NCBI GenBank assembly: GCA_951406725.2
Contig: OX597831.1
Coordinates: forward strand, 47,740,001 to 47,804,000
DNA from: Octopus vulgaris
Lineage: Eukaryota
Direction: 5' to 3'
DNA length: 64,000 nt
Of the stretch, positions 38,561 through 53,230 are shown one piece after another. Below the pieces are notes generated by a model. The model saw nothing but the letters and a program-made list of their open reading frames with translations. It had not been told where the DNA came from and did no database searches. Position 1 is the stretch's first letter; every line of letters begins with the position of its first letter. Made by a program: the position numbers and the translations under genes.

Positions 38561-40132
38561 ACAGGCTTCCACCTAGCTTCCGTCTACTGATCCTATTCAC
38601 AAGACATTAGTTGGCCTAGGGCTGTAGCATGCAAGCTGGCAAGCTGGTACAATTGCCAATGCAACAGACAAAATGTTTAGCAGCTTTCTTCTAACTCTTT
38701 ACGTTCTGAGTTCAAATCCTGCTGTGGTTGAATTTGTATTATTTCATCCTTTCAAAGTCTTGAAGACTGGTGGGGTCATTGTAATTGACTAACCTCTCCT
38801 TCTACCAAAATTTGAAACCATTATTAGAATTTTCTTCAAGTTGAGTAGCCCATTCTCTTCAAAAGGTCCCTGAATAAGTGTTGTTTAAGGATGTTGAACG
38901 AAACACCCATGTTTCCAAAGGTGAATTATTCAGACCACAAAGAATTCCTTTCAACACATGGCTATGATGCTCCCCCACTACTCCTGCACATGATCAGAGA
39001 TGCGCATATCGTCAGCCACTAAGGAACATGCTCAACCGGTTATAGTCAAACAACTGACAAGCAAATCTGTGGTACTGAACAGAATATTTACTGTAACCCA
39101 TCTTTTATTCCAAGACAAAAGAATGTACTGATGCTCCCCCACTACTTCTGCTTTATTATTATTATTATTATTTGCATTCTTTATGTTTGAAATTGAAATC
39201 TTGTTGAGGTTGGTCTAATTGAGTATATCCACCCTCCACATTTGAGGTCTTGTGACTATGTAAGAAATCAATATTAATTTACTATTAATATATGCCTGCT
39301 TAAAAAAACAACACTAGATAAAAAAAACAAAACAAAAGAAAACAAAAAACATAAACAAAATAACATGTGACTGCACTTATGCTATTGACAGGAGGTCTTC
39401 TACATTTATGCGTCTCAGCCATTTTACACAAGAGTTGATGCACTAGTTGATCATAACGCAATAGAATTTGCACTAATTCTATGCATATCAGCTGCCATAC
39501 TTTCTGCAATTTCACTCAAGAAAGTGGTTGTTTGAAAAAGCTATTCTTATTGTGGAAACATGTCATGCTAACCACAGTTTCTACCATAAACTTTAGCTAT
39601 CTAAATGATCTATCCAACGTGTCACGTTAACACTACGATCTCGTAGCTTTTAACAATTGACAAAAGTGTACAACCTACAAAACCAACAGCAACAGCAGCA
39701 GCTGTACAGATTGGATACCCTGTTTTAGTCAAGATATATTTTCTTATAACAGTATAAAGAATTTGATTGGCTAAGAAAGTTGACATTTCTCATATGAAAT
39801 ATATTCATACTGTGGCATAGATCAAAAAAAAAATGAGAAGGCAAAGCAAAGGAATGCAAAAATCTTTTTATTCTTTAGTTATATTTTCACTGTTCAAGGC
39901 ATAACTGAAATGATTGTAAGGTCAAAATTGTTCAAAAGCTAATACAATGTAAATTGAAATATAGGTGTTGAAACAGAAGAAAGTAAGATATGGAGAGCAA
40001 TGGTTTACACTTTACATTATATGTCTATATTTCAGGGGTCAATAACCTCTTATTAAGAAAGAATGGAGGTTGGTGTTGTGCTGGTAACTTTTGCTCAGAT
40101 ATGCTGGAGTGGGGTTGTGACATGCACAGATA

Positions 40133-40548
40133 GGTGGCGAGCTGGCAGAAACGTTAGCCCGTTGGGCAAAATGCTTAGCGGTATTTCGTCTGCTGTTACG
40201 TTCTGAGTTCAAATTCCGCACAGGTCGACTTTGCCTTTCATCCTTTTGGGGTCGATTAAATAAGTACCAGTTACATACTGGGGTCGATATAATCGACTTA
40301 ATCCATTTGTCTGTCCTTGTTTGTCCTCTCTGTGTTTAGCGCCTTGTGGGTAGTAAAGAAATAGGTATTTCGTCTACAACTACATTCTGAGTTCAAATTC
40401 CGCTGAGGTCGACTTTGCCTTTCATCCTTTTGGGGTCGATTAAATAAGTACCAGCTACGCACGGTGGTCGATATAATCGACTTAATCCGTTTGTCTGTCT
40501 TTGTTTGTCCTCTCTGTGTGTAGCCCCTTGTGGGCAGTAAAGAAATAA
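40133..40548 (+). mobile_element. SINE family C (two body units)
   Basis: C head and two cores; AGATAGGT on both flanks. Confidence 0.88.
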
Positions 40549-40681
40549 GATAGGTTTAATTACAATAACCAATCTGATTAGCACTTGATTCCCAACTATG
40601 TGGTACTGTGGTCTTGGATTCAGTTCCACTTTGTTCATCGTAAACAAATGTCTTCTACTATTGTCCCAGGCCCATCAATGC

Positions 40682-41409
40682 TTTGTGATTTGGTATATGG
40701 AAACCAAAAAGAAGTCTGTAACACACACACACACACACAGACACACATGCATGTATATGTATGTACGCTTATGTGTACCCTTGTCTAGATATCATGTGAT
40801 GGCTGTAAAGGAGTGACACTATTATGCAAATAAGGTTGTTAATTTCCCGTCATTGTTAGAAAACATGTTTGGCTATGGGGAAATATTAACTTGCCTGTAA
40901 ACAGATGAGCGTACGGAATAGGATGGGTATCATCTGTAGATAAATCTACCTCAACAAATTCCATCTAACATATATGCAATCATGGAAAAGTAGACATTAA
41001 ATGATGATGGCCTTCTTGATCCTTAAATTACTAATGTTACATTCTGTTTCCTTGATTGCCTTAAGTGTGACATCTTTTCTAGTCTTTTTTGTAGTCTGTC
41101 TTCTTTACTTCTTGCTTCTGTTGGCAATCCTATATTTCAAGTTGTATTGTCTTTGCTTTCAAACAATTTTAACTTTAGATATTTTTAAGTAGTTAAATCA
41201 TAGAATTTGTTTTAAAAATACTACACATGACTGTGTGATTGTGAAGCTAGATTTGCAACATCTTAGGCAAGTGTCTTCTACTATAGCTCAAGACCAACCA
41301 ATGTCTTGTGACTTTGGTAGACAAAAACTGTGAAGCCCATTGTCTATGTGTATATATACATACATGCAGACATACATATATATACATATGTGCGTGTGTG
41401 TGTGTGTGT

Positions 41410-41454
<45 letters not shown>

Positions 41455-41833
41455 TGTCATTGTTTGTCACTCCCCCACTGTCAGTGTTGGTTTGTTTATG
41501 TCCCCATAATTTAGTGGTTTGGTAAAAGGGACCAATAAAATAAATACTAGACACTTAAAACAAAACAAAAAGATATAAATACTGGGATTGATTTGTTCAG
41601 CTAAAAATACCCCACTCCAGTGTGGTGAGTTAGCATGACTGGAGTTCAATGATGGAAACAAGACAACAGACAAAAGCTTCACTCAAATGATATTATATTG
41701 AAATTATTGTACTTGTGTGTAATACAACATATTTGATATAGAAAAATCATCACCAAAATTGAAATGAGATAAATTGTGATTTGGTATATGTTAACCAATT
41801 ATGTTTGGTATATGGAAACCAAAAAAAAATCTG

Positions 41834-41876
<43 letters not shown>

Positions 41877-42105
41877 TGTATATGTATGTATGTTTATGTG
41901 TACCCTTGTCTAGCTAACATGTGATGGCTGTAAATGAGTGACATTATCATGCAAATAAGTTTGTTAATTTCCAATTTTTGTTGGAAAACATGTTTGGCTA
42001 TGGGGAAATATAAGCCTGCCTATAAACAAATGAGGGTACAGAATAGGATGGGTATCAGCTGTAGGTAAATCCACCTCAACAAATTCTGTCTAGCATATAT
42101 GCAAG
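40682..42105. repeat. ~300-bp direct repeat pair (~40682-40980, ~41775-42105) around a diverged SINE A (~41226-41670)
   Basis: TTTGGTATATGGAAACCAAAAA...CATATATGCAA in both. Confidence 0.8.
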
Positions 42106-42639
42106 CAATATTACACTCCGAATAAGGGAGTGTAATAATAATGGGAAAAATAAATGCTATGACTGAAGGCAATAGTCCCGAGGCATTAGTGTACACACTT
42201 CATTGCTTCTGGCTATGAAACACCAAACACATAGTGAATACATCCAATGGCAATTTATGATTCTGTTAGCATGCTGGTGATGTTTGTTTAAAAGTGATTA
42301 TTTAATTTAAAAGATTATAGCTTTAAAAAAAAAATCCTGCCCTGTAGCCATCGTAGTTTTACTGTTTGTGGTTTATTTAAAAATTTTTTGTGTTTTATGT
42401 GTTTTAAAATTTCCAGGAATTTTATGCTGATTTCTTTAAAGAATATAAATAATTATGGTAGTAGTTGGTGGCTACATTATGTCTGAGAATAAAATATATT
42501 ACTAGTTCTTAGCTGCCTAATGTGGTGGGATTACATCATATTGAAGATCACAATTGACTTAAATGTATATTTTTATCATCTGTTCTTGCTCTGGATGCTC
42601 AGTTTCTTAATGGAGTAACAGTGGTAGTGTATCTCAAGT

Positions 42640-43077
42640 ATTTTTACCACCACAATGTCCAAGCCTTGCTGTGGTGTACTGGCTTATGTTCTTCAGTGAC
42701 CCTGAGAGCTACACCAGTGTAGTGCAAACTCTTGGTAGAGCATCCCATGTCAGACAAGTCAAGAGACAGAAGTCAAACTAATATGGATCACCTCTTGCTA
42801 AAAATATAATTAAGTCTTCATAGGGCCAACAGCAAAGTTGCAGAAGCATCAACAGCAATTCAGAACCAGCAAAACCTGGGAGTGGGAGGCTTTCCCTTGG
42901 GTAAATATATGAGGTGCAGGAGTGGCTGTGTGGTAAGTCACTTGCTTACCAACCACATGGTTCTGGGTTCAGTCCCACTGCATGGCACCTTGGGCAAGTG
43001 CCTTCTACTATAGCCTCGGGTTGACCAAAGCCTTGTGAGTGGATTTGGTAGACAGAAACTGAAAGAAGCCTGTTATA

Positions 43078-43156
<79 letters not shown>

Positions 43157-43830
43157 ATGTGTTTCTGTGTCTGTGTTTGTCCTCACCAACATCGCTTGAC
43201 AACCGATGCTGGTGTGTTTACGTGCCCGTAACTTAGCGGTTCGGCAAAAGAGACCGATAGATTAAGTACTAGGCTTACAAAGAATAAGTCCTGGGGTCGA
43301 TTTCCTTGACTAAAGGCGGTGCTCCAGCATGGCCGCAGTCAAATGACTGAAACAAGTAAAAGTGTAAAAGAGTAAAAGAGGTGGTGCAGCAAAATCTGAA
43401 TGGAAACTACAAGACTGACCCCTTTTCTGAAATAACTGGAGGCATGATACCAAAGTATCAATGATGTGTAGTGACACCATATTTCATTATGCAACCATAA
43501 TATATTACAAAGTATATCAAACACTTTTATAAGTCAATACTCTGTTCTATTGTGTCAGCAGTGCTATTATATCATTTGCTAAGGTTATCTCTACAGACAT
43601 AAATCAATATTGTGTTCTATTATATTAGCATATTACAACACTTTTATAAGTCAATACTATGTTCTATTATGTCAGAAAACTTGTTGAGATAACCTTAACT
43701 AGTGATACTGAAGTAGAATAGGAAAAGCTGGGATCCTTTTGGAGAGAAGTGGAAAAGACAGCTCACAGTTGTAAAGAGTGGAAAAAAGTCATGTTTGGCC
43801 GATGCTCCCTGGGGAATGAAAGGCTTAAAT
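42640..43830 (+). mobile_element. Possible RTE-clade LINE fragments flanking a SINE A
   Basis: TGACCCTGAGAGCTA..CCCATG.CAGACA.GTCAA resembles RTE 5' UTRs; KLGSFWREVEKTAH..W resembles RTE C-termini. Confidence 0.4.
42912..43380 (+). mobile_element. SINE family A, full length
   Basis: Head, microsatellite, tail with GTAAAAGA repeats. Confidence 0.92.
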
Positions 43831-44071
43831 AAACAAACAGGGGCATTTTTAGACCTGATGTGTACCAACAACCTTCAGGTCCAGCTACAGCTGATTTATT
43901 TTATAAGAGAGTAGAAGAGAGAACAGAAAGAGAAGAGTTCACCTCTGTACAGAACTTGTAATTTATCAAAGTCAAAAGAATGGGATGCAGAGTTGTTCTC
44001 AGTGAGATTTGAGCTCAGAGTGCAACTAGTGGGAACAATTACTGTCAAGCAATCTGTCCGATACTTGGAAA

Positions 44072-44292
44072 TATGAATGGGTACTGAAAAGTTCCTGGCT
44101 TTAAGGGTATTACAAAACGCCTGATTGGAGGCCCAACATTCTCAGTTCTTTTAGAGGGCTTAGAAAAACTGAAGAACTGCTGCGATAAGTGTGTGAATCT
44201 GAGAGGGGAATATGTTGAATGAAATCATAATTAACTGATCCTCTTGTATTTTCTTTTACCCAAAACCAGGAACTTTTCAGTACACCCTCATA
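44072..44292 (+). mobile_element. Mariner-derived MITE keeping the last transposase codons
   Basis: TIR GTACTGAAAAGTTCCTGG / CCAGGAACTTTTCAGTAC; GLEKLKNCCDKCVNLRGEYVE*. Confidence 0.82.
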
Positions 44293-45441
44293 TGTATAAC
44301 AGAGAATGTGGTTTGCTTTTTTTAAAATTCTTTCCTCAAAGACATGAGCAAAACATGTGAAATGAAATATAAGTTGTGGAATCAAACCTGAATCTTCACA
44401 GATCCAAATCATTTGGAATTTATCCTTGCAGCATTTGTCATTTTCAGTTAATTCATGTTAGGATTGTATAAAATATATTTCAAATATTTTACCAACAGCA
44501 TATTTTACCATTATATGCTTGATGGCATAGCAAATTGTTTGAATTGTTGTTTTACAAAAAGATAAGCTTACCTTAATTCTAACTACTCAATCGTGAAATG
44601 AATGCAAGTGGTTCTAACTTGACAGTTTGTTAGATAAACTGAGGTAGTCTGAGTGAATCTCTCAGTGAAAGTCTTTGCTACTTTGCTACATAACAGCATG
44701 ATGATAAGAAGAAAATGATGATGATACGATAAATTATTACATATTTTCAAAAGCCAAAGATATAGAATATCAAATGTAGCATTTTGAGAAACTATATTAA
44801 GTAAGATAAAAATGAAACTGCAAAATTACTTATGGTGGAAACCATGCGTTAGTGAAAGTTTTAAAATAGAAGTAACAGCTACAACATAAAGAACATTTAC
44901 AAACAACAACAAAAAGAAAATTAAAATGTTTATATGTAGATATATCATGCAATAAAGAGTATGAAACTTGAAATAAATTGAAGTATGTTGTAGTACAAAA
45001 ATGAAATTTCATTAAAGTGACAAATAGAAAAAAACATTAGCTGGAAACTACAGAGTAGCATTTTGATAAGTTATATGGATTGTAGTTCATTTAAAAAAAA
45101 AAAAGAAGTTGAAGGATTTAATCAAAAGGATATAAAGTTTTATACTACTTTAATATGATATACTAGTAAATCATTGAGAATTTTCGTCTGTAATTTATAA
45201 TACTTGGCAGTAGTGAAATAACCGAATAGATAAGACACTGGATTATGCATCAGCTCACAAATAATGAGATCAAATCTGCTGTAGCTTATTTGCGTTCTAG
45301 GCTGGATAAAGTAGAGAATTAGCACAGTGCTTATTCCGACTTTCTGTGTTCTGAGCTCAAATCCTATGATGGTCAGCTTTCTCTTTTGGGATTCAGTAAA
45401 AAGTATCAATCTAAGGTAGTGGATTAGCAGAACTACTAGAT

Positions 45442-45763
45442 CAGGGGTTCTCAACTATTTTTTTAATCTATGAGCCCCTTTGATTACTATTTTATTCTAG
45501 TGGACCCCCATAGCCATTCAATGTATAAAAACTAGTTTTACAGAAACTTCTTTCAAAATTCCTATTTTGTTTTTCACATATTCACTTTTGTCGGTTGATG
45601 TATATAAAATGTTAGAAAAAGAAACCTCACTGTTTCTTGCAATACATACATCTGAAACAAAAATTTTTCAGGGGCCCTTAAAATACTATTGTAGATACCC
45701 AATTTACTATTTTGTTGTGTAGACCCAGAAAAATCTTATATGGACCCCAGTTAAGAACCAGTG
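45442..45763. mobile_element. hAT (Charlie-like) MITE
   Basis: CAGGGGTTCTCAAC ... GTTAAGAACCAGTG; 8-bp TSD TACTAGAT/TACTAGAA. Confidence 0.82.
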
Positions 45764-47274
45764 TACTAGAAGGTCAGAAAAGACATCTTGCATTATCTGA
45801 TGACACTATTGCCCTTCTCATACATAAATATCAATAATGTTCAGAGGGAAGACTTGCATGTATGGGCTACTGCCAGTATTTCTCAAAGTATCTAGTCAAG
45901 TTTGCACATAAATGTAAAGATGAAAGGTCAGCCTTGGCTGACACCCCTAGCCCCACTACCTTTTTTTTTTAGCTGCCTTCTCAAGTCATACTGATTCATA
46001 AGGGTTAGTTTTTGGTTTCATGACATATATATATTAACAGACGCAAGTCTGTTGCAGGGTTATTCCTTTTTGCCAGCTGAGTGGACTGGAGCAACATGAA
46101 ATGAAGTGTTTTGCTCAAGAACACAACACATCACTCGGTCCAGGAATCAAAACCACAAGTCACATGCTTCCACCCCACTATCTTATGGCTGGATAATTTA
46201 TATTACCTTAGTGCAACCAGCTAAGTGTGGCATACACAGCAGATAGTAAGGTGTGATTTGAAGGAGATTTTGCTGCTATTTCTAGTAGGCTGAATGACAA
46301 TATACAGACTCCCTCATTGGCTTATAATTACTGGACTATTATTTTAAGTAGAGCAAAAATTTTTGTTTTCTTTTCTCACTTAACAATATAGAAACAGGAG
46401 CTGAACTGAGGTGAACAGGGTTTTTTTATATTGATTCAAAACACTAGATTTTCTTAGTACCTGTATGAGAAAAAAAAACAACAACAAAAATCAAAACAAA
46501 ACCCTTACATTGTGTCCTATGTTATATAATGATTTATAAAGAATAAATACAAATGCATAGCAAAGTTCAGCTGGTGTTTTGTTATAACAGTGGAGTGAAA
46601 CAAATAAAATATTATTTGCTGTCCTGTGCAATTTAAATTGAGGTGATCAAGTAGCATTTTTGTAATGCAATTTTCAATGTTATGAACATTTTATTTATTT
46701 ATTTATTTATTTATTTATTTGCTATTAAAGGATGCAGAACAATAGTTTATTCTTGAAATTTATTGAATGCAATCACATGAAAAATACTAAAAACAAAAAA
46801 GAAAAAGATTTATTGAAAGCATAACACAAATAAATAAAAAAAAGTGTTGAATGATCATTTTGTTTCCTCCAAATCTTTTGCATAACAAAAGCATCCATCT
46901 ATTTTTTTCTCCTCTTCTTTCCCTTCTACATTCATTCTGTCATAAGATAGATAATTCATTTCTGTATACCCTGATGTGTCTAGGAACAGTCAGAATAGAT
47001 TCAATAATGTTCCTTTCACCATCTCCTCTGTTTAACAGCAAAAAGTGTGCAGGGTACACAACAACTATTTTGCAGCAAGGTAGATTAAAGGTATTAGTTT
47101 TAATTCATGGTTGTGTCATAATAAGAACAGATAAAGATGTTCTGGTTCTGCTGTTTTGGTGCTATCTTTGGTGTCACTGATTTAATACTGTCTTATTTGA
47201 CATCAGATGCTTTAATGTCTCATTAATGCTCTCCTCTCTCTCTCTGTTTATGAGTGTGTGAACATTTAAAAAAA

Positions 47275-47583
47275 ATTTATGTGCCCTTTTCAAGCCTAGC
47301 CAGGCTCATGGGCCCAGTTTCCCGGTTTCTGTGGCATATGTGTTCCCCCACAGCTGGACGGGATGCCAGTCCATCACAGCGTTACCCAAGAAACAGGAAG
47401 AAAGAGTAAGAGAAAGTTGGGGCGAAAGAGTACAACAGGGGTCACCACCACCCCCTGCCAGAGCTTCGGTGGACTTTAGGTGTTTTTGCTCAATAAACAC
47501 ACACAACGCCCAGTCTGGGAATCGAAACCGCGATCCTCCGACTGTGAGTCCGCTGCTCTAACCACTGGGCCATTGCACCTCCA
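47275..47583 (-). mobile_element. SINE with D head and B tail
   Basis: Head as 18040; tail as 19408. Confidence 0.85.
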
Positions 47584-48574
47584 AGAGTGTGTGAGCTAAT
47601 GTCTGTTTATTTGTATGAGGAAAGAGGAAGTGTTTATGTCAGTCATGTTCAATTAAAAATTGTACTCTCTCTCTCTCTCTCTCTTTCTCTGTTTATGTGT
47701 GTATGCATATTTCTATGTGTATGAAGAGATTGGAAGTCTTTATGCCAACTGTGTTAAGTCAATAGCTTGTAATGTCACACTCTCCCATCCCTCTCTTTCA
47801 CTTTCTTTATTTGCATGTAAATTTCTGCACAGGCATGTGTCCCCCAGTGTGTGTGTGTGTGTGTGTGTGTGTCTCCAGTGCCAAAATGTTCTGTCACCAA
47901 AACAGGTTGAATGTCTTATCATCTGTGCCACATCATCAGTTGCACTCAGTCATCTTATATTGAAGAAGAGCAACATTAACCATAATCTTTGTCATGAAAA
48001 ATCAAAAACCTACATCAGATAGAGAGAGAGAGAGATGGGGGGGGGCAACTGAGATTCAGGAGATACATTCCATCGGAGAGGTTTCTGTACAGTTTTCTGT
48101 TTTCCCCAATTTTACTCACATGTCTTTGGTCTACTTGAGATTATGATAGAAGCTACCTGCTCTTACCCAGATTACTGTGCAATGGGATCAAAACTGAAAC
48201 AAGATTATTAATATTATTATGAAGCAAACTTCTTACCCATATGGCTGAGCTTGTAATCACAGAATTAGTGTAATATATTCAGAGCTGTCGTAGCAGCATT
48301 ATAGCCCCCCCCCACGAAAAAAAGCCCAATTCAATGTACTTGGCCCTATATTTATTGATTGATAGAAAGCCACTGCATATATAGGTCAAAACTGAGCCAC
48401 TAGACTTGTGGGGCTCCTGGCTAACTGCCCAGTGTCCATGCTTTAAGTTGGCGCAGAATGTTCTGTGTCCAGTAATTACAGCATAATACTTGTTGACAAG
48501 TTTTGAACTTATGATGGTCACAATAAATGGTAGGTTAACTGTTAAACAACAATTGACTAATACATACATACATA

Positions 48575-48610
<36 letters not shown>

Positions 48611-48611
<1 letters not shown>

Positions 48612-51077
48612 TCTTTTACTCTTTTAATTGTTTCAGTCATTGGACTGTGGTCATGCTGGAGCACCACCATTAGTCAAACAGTGTGTACACGGTATTTGTA
48701 TGAATATATATATATATATATACATGCAATGGACTTCTTTCAAGTTTTCATCTACCAAATTCACTCACAAGGCTTTGTTTGGGTTGAGGCAGCAGTAGAA
48801 GACACTTGCTCAAGGTGTCCAAGGAACCTGAAATAATGTGGTTGGGAAGTAAGCTTCTTACCACTCATCCATGCTTGTACCTTTCATTAACTAATCAATA
48901 TTAGATTTGTGGCATACAACAAGATTTAATACAATATGTGTTAGAAATTGAAGGTAGTGAGCTGGCAGAAATGTTAGCACACCGGGCAAAATGCTTAGCA
49001 GTATTTCGTCCATCTTTACATTCTGAGTTAAAATTCCAATGAGGTTGGCCTTGCCCTTTATCCTTTCAGAGTCAATAAATTAAGTACCAGTTATGTGCTG
49101 AGGTTTATCTAATCAACTGGCCTCTTCTCTAAAAATTTTGGGTTTTGTGCCAAGAGTAGAAAAGAATACGAGTTAAACATTCTACATGATTTACAATTTA
49201 TATGGCAATAAATTTGATAGGCTCATTGGAGCATAGGGCAGAAATGACTTTTGGCATTCGTTCTGCTGTTCGGAACTATGAATTCAAAACCCTCCACGCT
49301 CAATTTAGCAATCCATCTCTGCTGTGCCCTCAGTGAATGAAGAACATGTCTAATATGTATACTAGTATTTCTTCTTCTTCTTCTTCTTCTTCTTCTTCTC
49401 CTTCTCCTTCTCCTCCTCCTCCCCCTCCTCCTCCTCCTTCTTCTTCTTCTCCTCCTTCTTCTTCTTCTCCTCCTCCTTCTTCTCCCTCTCCTCCTCCTTC
49501 TCCATCACCTCTTCCTCTTTTCTTCCTCATTCTTTCTTCCTTTCTTTCTTTCTTCTCCCTCTTCCCTCATTCATTGCCTATTCTCTCCTCCTCCTCCTCC
49601 CTCACCCACTAAGGTAGGCTTCCCACGTGCTAAAAAGAGATGTCAAATCCCTAAAGCATGTAAAACATTTTTATTTATACACATTGAATGTAGACGTGTA
49701 TAATTTTATATACATTTATATATTATAAAATTATTTATGGTCTACGGATATTATTTTACACATGCTGACCACTGGTTTGAATTATTATTTTTAATAATTT
49801 TATGTGACTGTGTGGTAAGTACCTTGCTTACCAACCACAGGTTCAGTTAGGATTGTATAAAATATATTTCAGGTCCCAGGTTCAGTTCCACTGCATGGTA
49901 TCTTAAGCAAGTGTCTTCTACTATAGCCTTGGACTGACCAAAGCCTAGTGAGTGGATCTGGTAGATGGAAACAGAAAAAAGCCCATTGTATATATGCGCG
50001 TGCGCGCATGTGTGTGTGTGTGTGTATCTGTCTGTGTGTGCACGCACGTGTGTGTGCATGCGCGTGTGTGTGTGTATGTTTATATGTCTGTGATGTCCCC
50101 CCACCATGCTTGACAACCGATGTTGGTGTGTTTACATCCCTGTAACTTAGTAGTTTGGCAAAACAGACCAATAAAATAAGTGCTAGGCTTACAAATAATA
50201 AGTCCTGGGGTTGATTCACTTAACTAAGAATTCTTTAAGACGGTGCCCCAGTATGGCCACAATCTAATGACTGAAACAAACAAAAGAAGATATGATGGGC
50301 TTCTTTCAGTTTCTCCCTATCATATCCACTCATAAGTCTTGGTTGGCTTGGAGCTGTAGTAGAAAACACTTGTCCAAGATGTTCCACAGTGGGACTGAAC
50401 ACAAAACCATGTGGTTGGAAAGCAGATTTCTTACCACACAACCGTGCCTGAGCCTAGCATGTATTCTTTGTTTATGAGACAGTAGTTTAATGAAGATTTC
50501 AAGCAGGTTGAGAGACCATACAAAAGCTGATTCAAAGGTTGCTGTTGTGACAGTTGTGTTGTGAAGAAACTCACAGCAATATTTTGATTCTTAGCTGTAT
50601 CCATTTCAGTTTGGTTCTGTTTTACTTTCAATGCTTTTGGTGAAAAGCAGAAAGTCACAGTTTTAATTTCTTACTTTCCCTTGAGGTCAATGGAAATAAA
50701 CTCGCTTTGATGAACAACTCAAGCTGAAAATATGAACATTTGATGCTTTATTCCATTCGGGTATCTAATACTAAGAGCATGAATGTGAAATATTGTAGTT
50801 TCATAAATCTAGCAACTGCATTGTAGGATAGCCATAGCTGAGGTGTTGTACGTTCATATATATCAATTGGTTTACTCTCATTTGACTGTGGCCATGCTGG
50901 AGCACCACCTTTAGTCGAGCAAATCGACCCCAGGACTTATTCTTTGTAAGCCTAATACTTATTCTATCCGTCTCTTTTGCTAAACTGCTAAGTTACAGGG
51001 ATGTAACCACACCAGCATCGGTTGTTAAGTGATGTTGGGTGGACAAACACAGACACGCAAACATATACACACACATA

Positions 51078-51125
<48 letters not shown>

Positions 51126-51127
51126 TA

Positions 51128-51183
<56 letters not shown>

Positions 51184-51340
51184 TACGGCAGACTTCTTTC
51201 AGTTTCTGTCTACCAAATCCACTCACAAGGCTTTGGTTGCCCCAAGGCTATAGTAGAAGACACTTGCCCAAGGTGCCACGCAGTGGGACTGAACCCGGAG
51301 CCATGTGGTTCGTAAGCAAGCTACTTACCACACAGCCACT
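48611..51340. mobile_element. Cluster of diverged SINEs: A (48611-48882 -, 49803-50285 +, 50295-50445 -, 50880-51340 -) and C (48952-49165 +)
   Basis: Family motifs recognisable in each. Confidence 0.78.
49369..49605. repeat. Pyrimidine-rich (CTT/CCT)n tract
   Basis: Visible directly. Confidence 0.92.
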
Positions 51341-52876
51341 TAGCAACTAAAATTTAAGAAGAATATGCCTGCCATTTCTAGCAGAGCATGTGACTGTTGA
51401 GATTGTTGCTTACTCCTAGGCAAGTTCTCATCAAGCAGACTGTTAATCAAAAGGCGTTCCAGCTATGACCATCCTGTCTTTTTTTGGTTCTATTTTGTAT
51501 TCCTGATACAGTATATCTAGGATCATGAAGATCACATTATCCAGTGTCATCTTTTTATAAGATGGTGGGATGTGGTTTGAAGGAGAATTGGTTGCTACTT
51601 TTAACAAGTTGAATGGATTGCTAGAAATAGCAACCAATTCTCCTTCTAACCACACTCTACCTCATTGGCTCTGGCATTGTATACAATTAAGAAAAGTAAA
51701 ATTTAAAAAAAATGGCAAATAGCTGTACACAAATATTCACCATCTGTTTAAAATACCATGAAATGAAGGAGATTTAGGTACTATTTTTAGCAGGTTGTGT
51801 AACTATCTTTTATCTTTTACTTGTTTAGGAGCAGCACACAGCCAAGCCAAATAATCGAAGTGCAAAATAACCACCACAAAACTCCTTTCTTCAATTGTAG
51901 CTGGAAGTCAGGGCATAACCCAAAATGTTAGCTTCTAAATTCTTTATAGCAAATATCATATCTAACTCTTATATTAGCTGTTACTGACAAACACCATCAT
52001 CACCAGCTTCCTCAAAGAATTTCGGAAAAGATTATCAAAATATTTTTCCAGCTATGTCAAATGTTAACAAATATGAAAATAAAATTTAGCGGAAATCTAT
52101 CGATAAAACTTTCTCCCTTGTTAACTACACCACCACTACAACCACCACCACCATCACCTTTCTACTGCTCTGTTACAAAGAGGACTCAATTAGCTTATCA
52201 AAATGCCATCACTTTATTTAGCTACTTTCAGTAGAAATTTCATGTTATTTATTTACATATCTAATTTATTTTTATTTTTATATTTTAAAATCTTTCACTA
52301 AATTTCATTTTATTATTTTATTCACTCCTATTCTACTTAAGTATTTTCATACAAATTTCTTTGAAAAACAAAAACACAAAAATAAACACAAACAAGCAAA
52401 AATCAAAAACAGTAATAAAAAACAGAAATAAAAAACATAAGCAAAGAATCACATTGTTGATGGAACACAGAAAATAAATTAATAATAACAATAATAATAA
52501 TGATAATAATGATTATGATGATGATGATAACAATAATATTAATAAAAAAATAATAATAATGATAATAATAAGCAAAATAGTTTAGTATTTTCAATTTAAA
52601 GTCTAAAAGTGGTTACTGGTTTTGAGAAAGAATATATTATCATTAAGGTATCTGAATGAATATATGCATTTCTATTTCTTCAACTTATTTGTTCTTTTAT
52701 TTTATAACTGCAGACCACCCCCCATCCTCATCAGCAAAAGCGAAAAAATAAAATAAATAGCAAGAGAAAATGAAAAAAGTTATCCTACAATAATCTCAGG
52801 AATAATTTTACTTAGCTTTATTTTTCACTTTGCAACCCTTTTCCACAATAGTTTGTTTATTTTTCATTATAATATT

Positions 52877-52879
<3 letters not shown>

Positions 52880-52925
<46 letters not shown>

Positions 52926-53086
52926 TTATATACATATATATACATGTGTTGTCTATATATTTTTCATTATAGTTTTGCATGTGTGTGCATGTATGAGTTT
53001 ATGTATTTCTGTATTATTGTGCTGTCTTGTTTTCATTATATATTTTGTGTGTGTGTATATATATATATATACACACATAAATATAT

Positions 53087-53137
<51 letters not shown>

Positions 53138-53166
53138 AATATATATACATATATACATATATATAT

Positions 53167-53197
<31 letters not shown>

Positions 53198-53230
53198 TAT
53201 ATAATGTATTTCTATATATGTATGTGTATG
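52880..53230. repeat. TA-rich microsatellite region
   Basis: Visible directly. Confidence 0.9.

Noticed and set aside
46851-47180. 109-aa ORF in non-repetitive-looking DNA
   Set aside because: No motif; composition looks non-coding
49330-49612. Glu/Gly- or Ser/Pro-rich ORFs
   Set aside because: Trinucleotide low-complexity tract
50460-50730. Possible small minus-strand exon with AG/GT-like sites
   Set aside because: Such motifs are common by chance; no homology recognised
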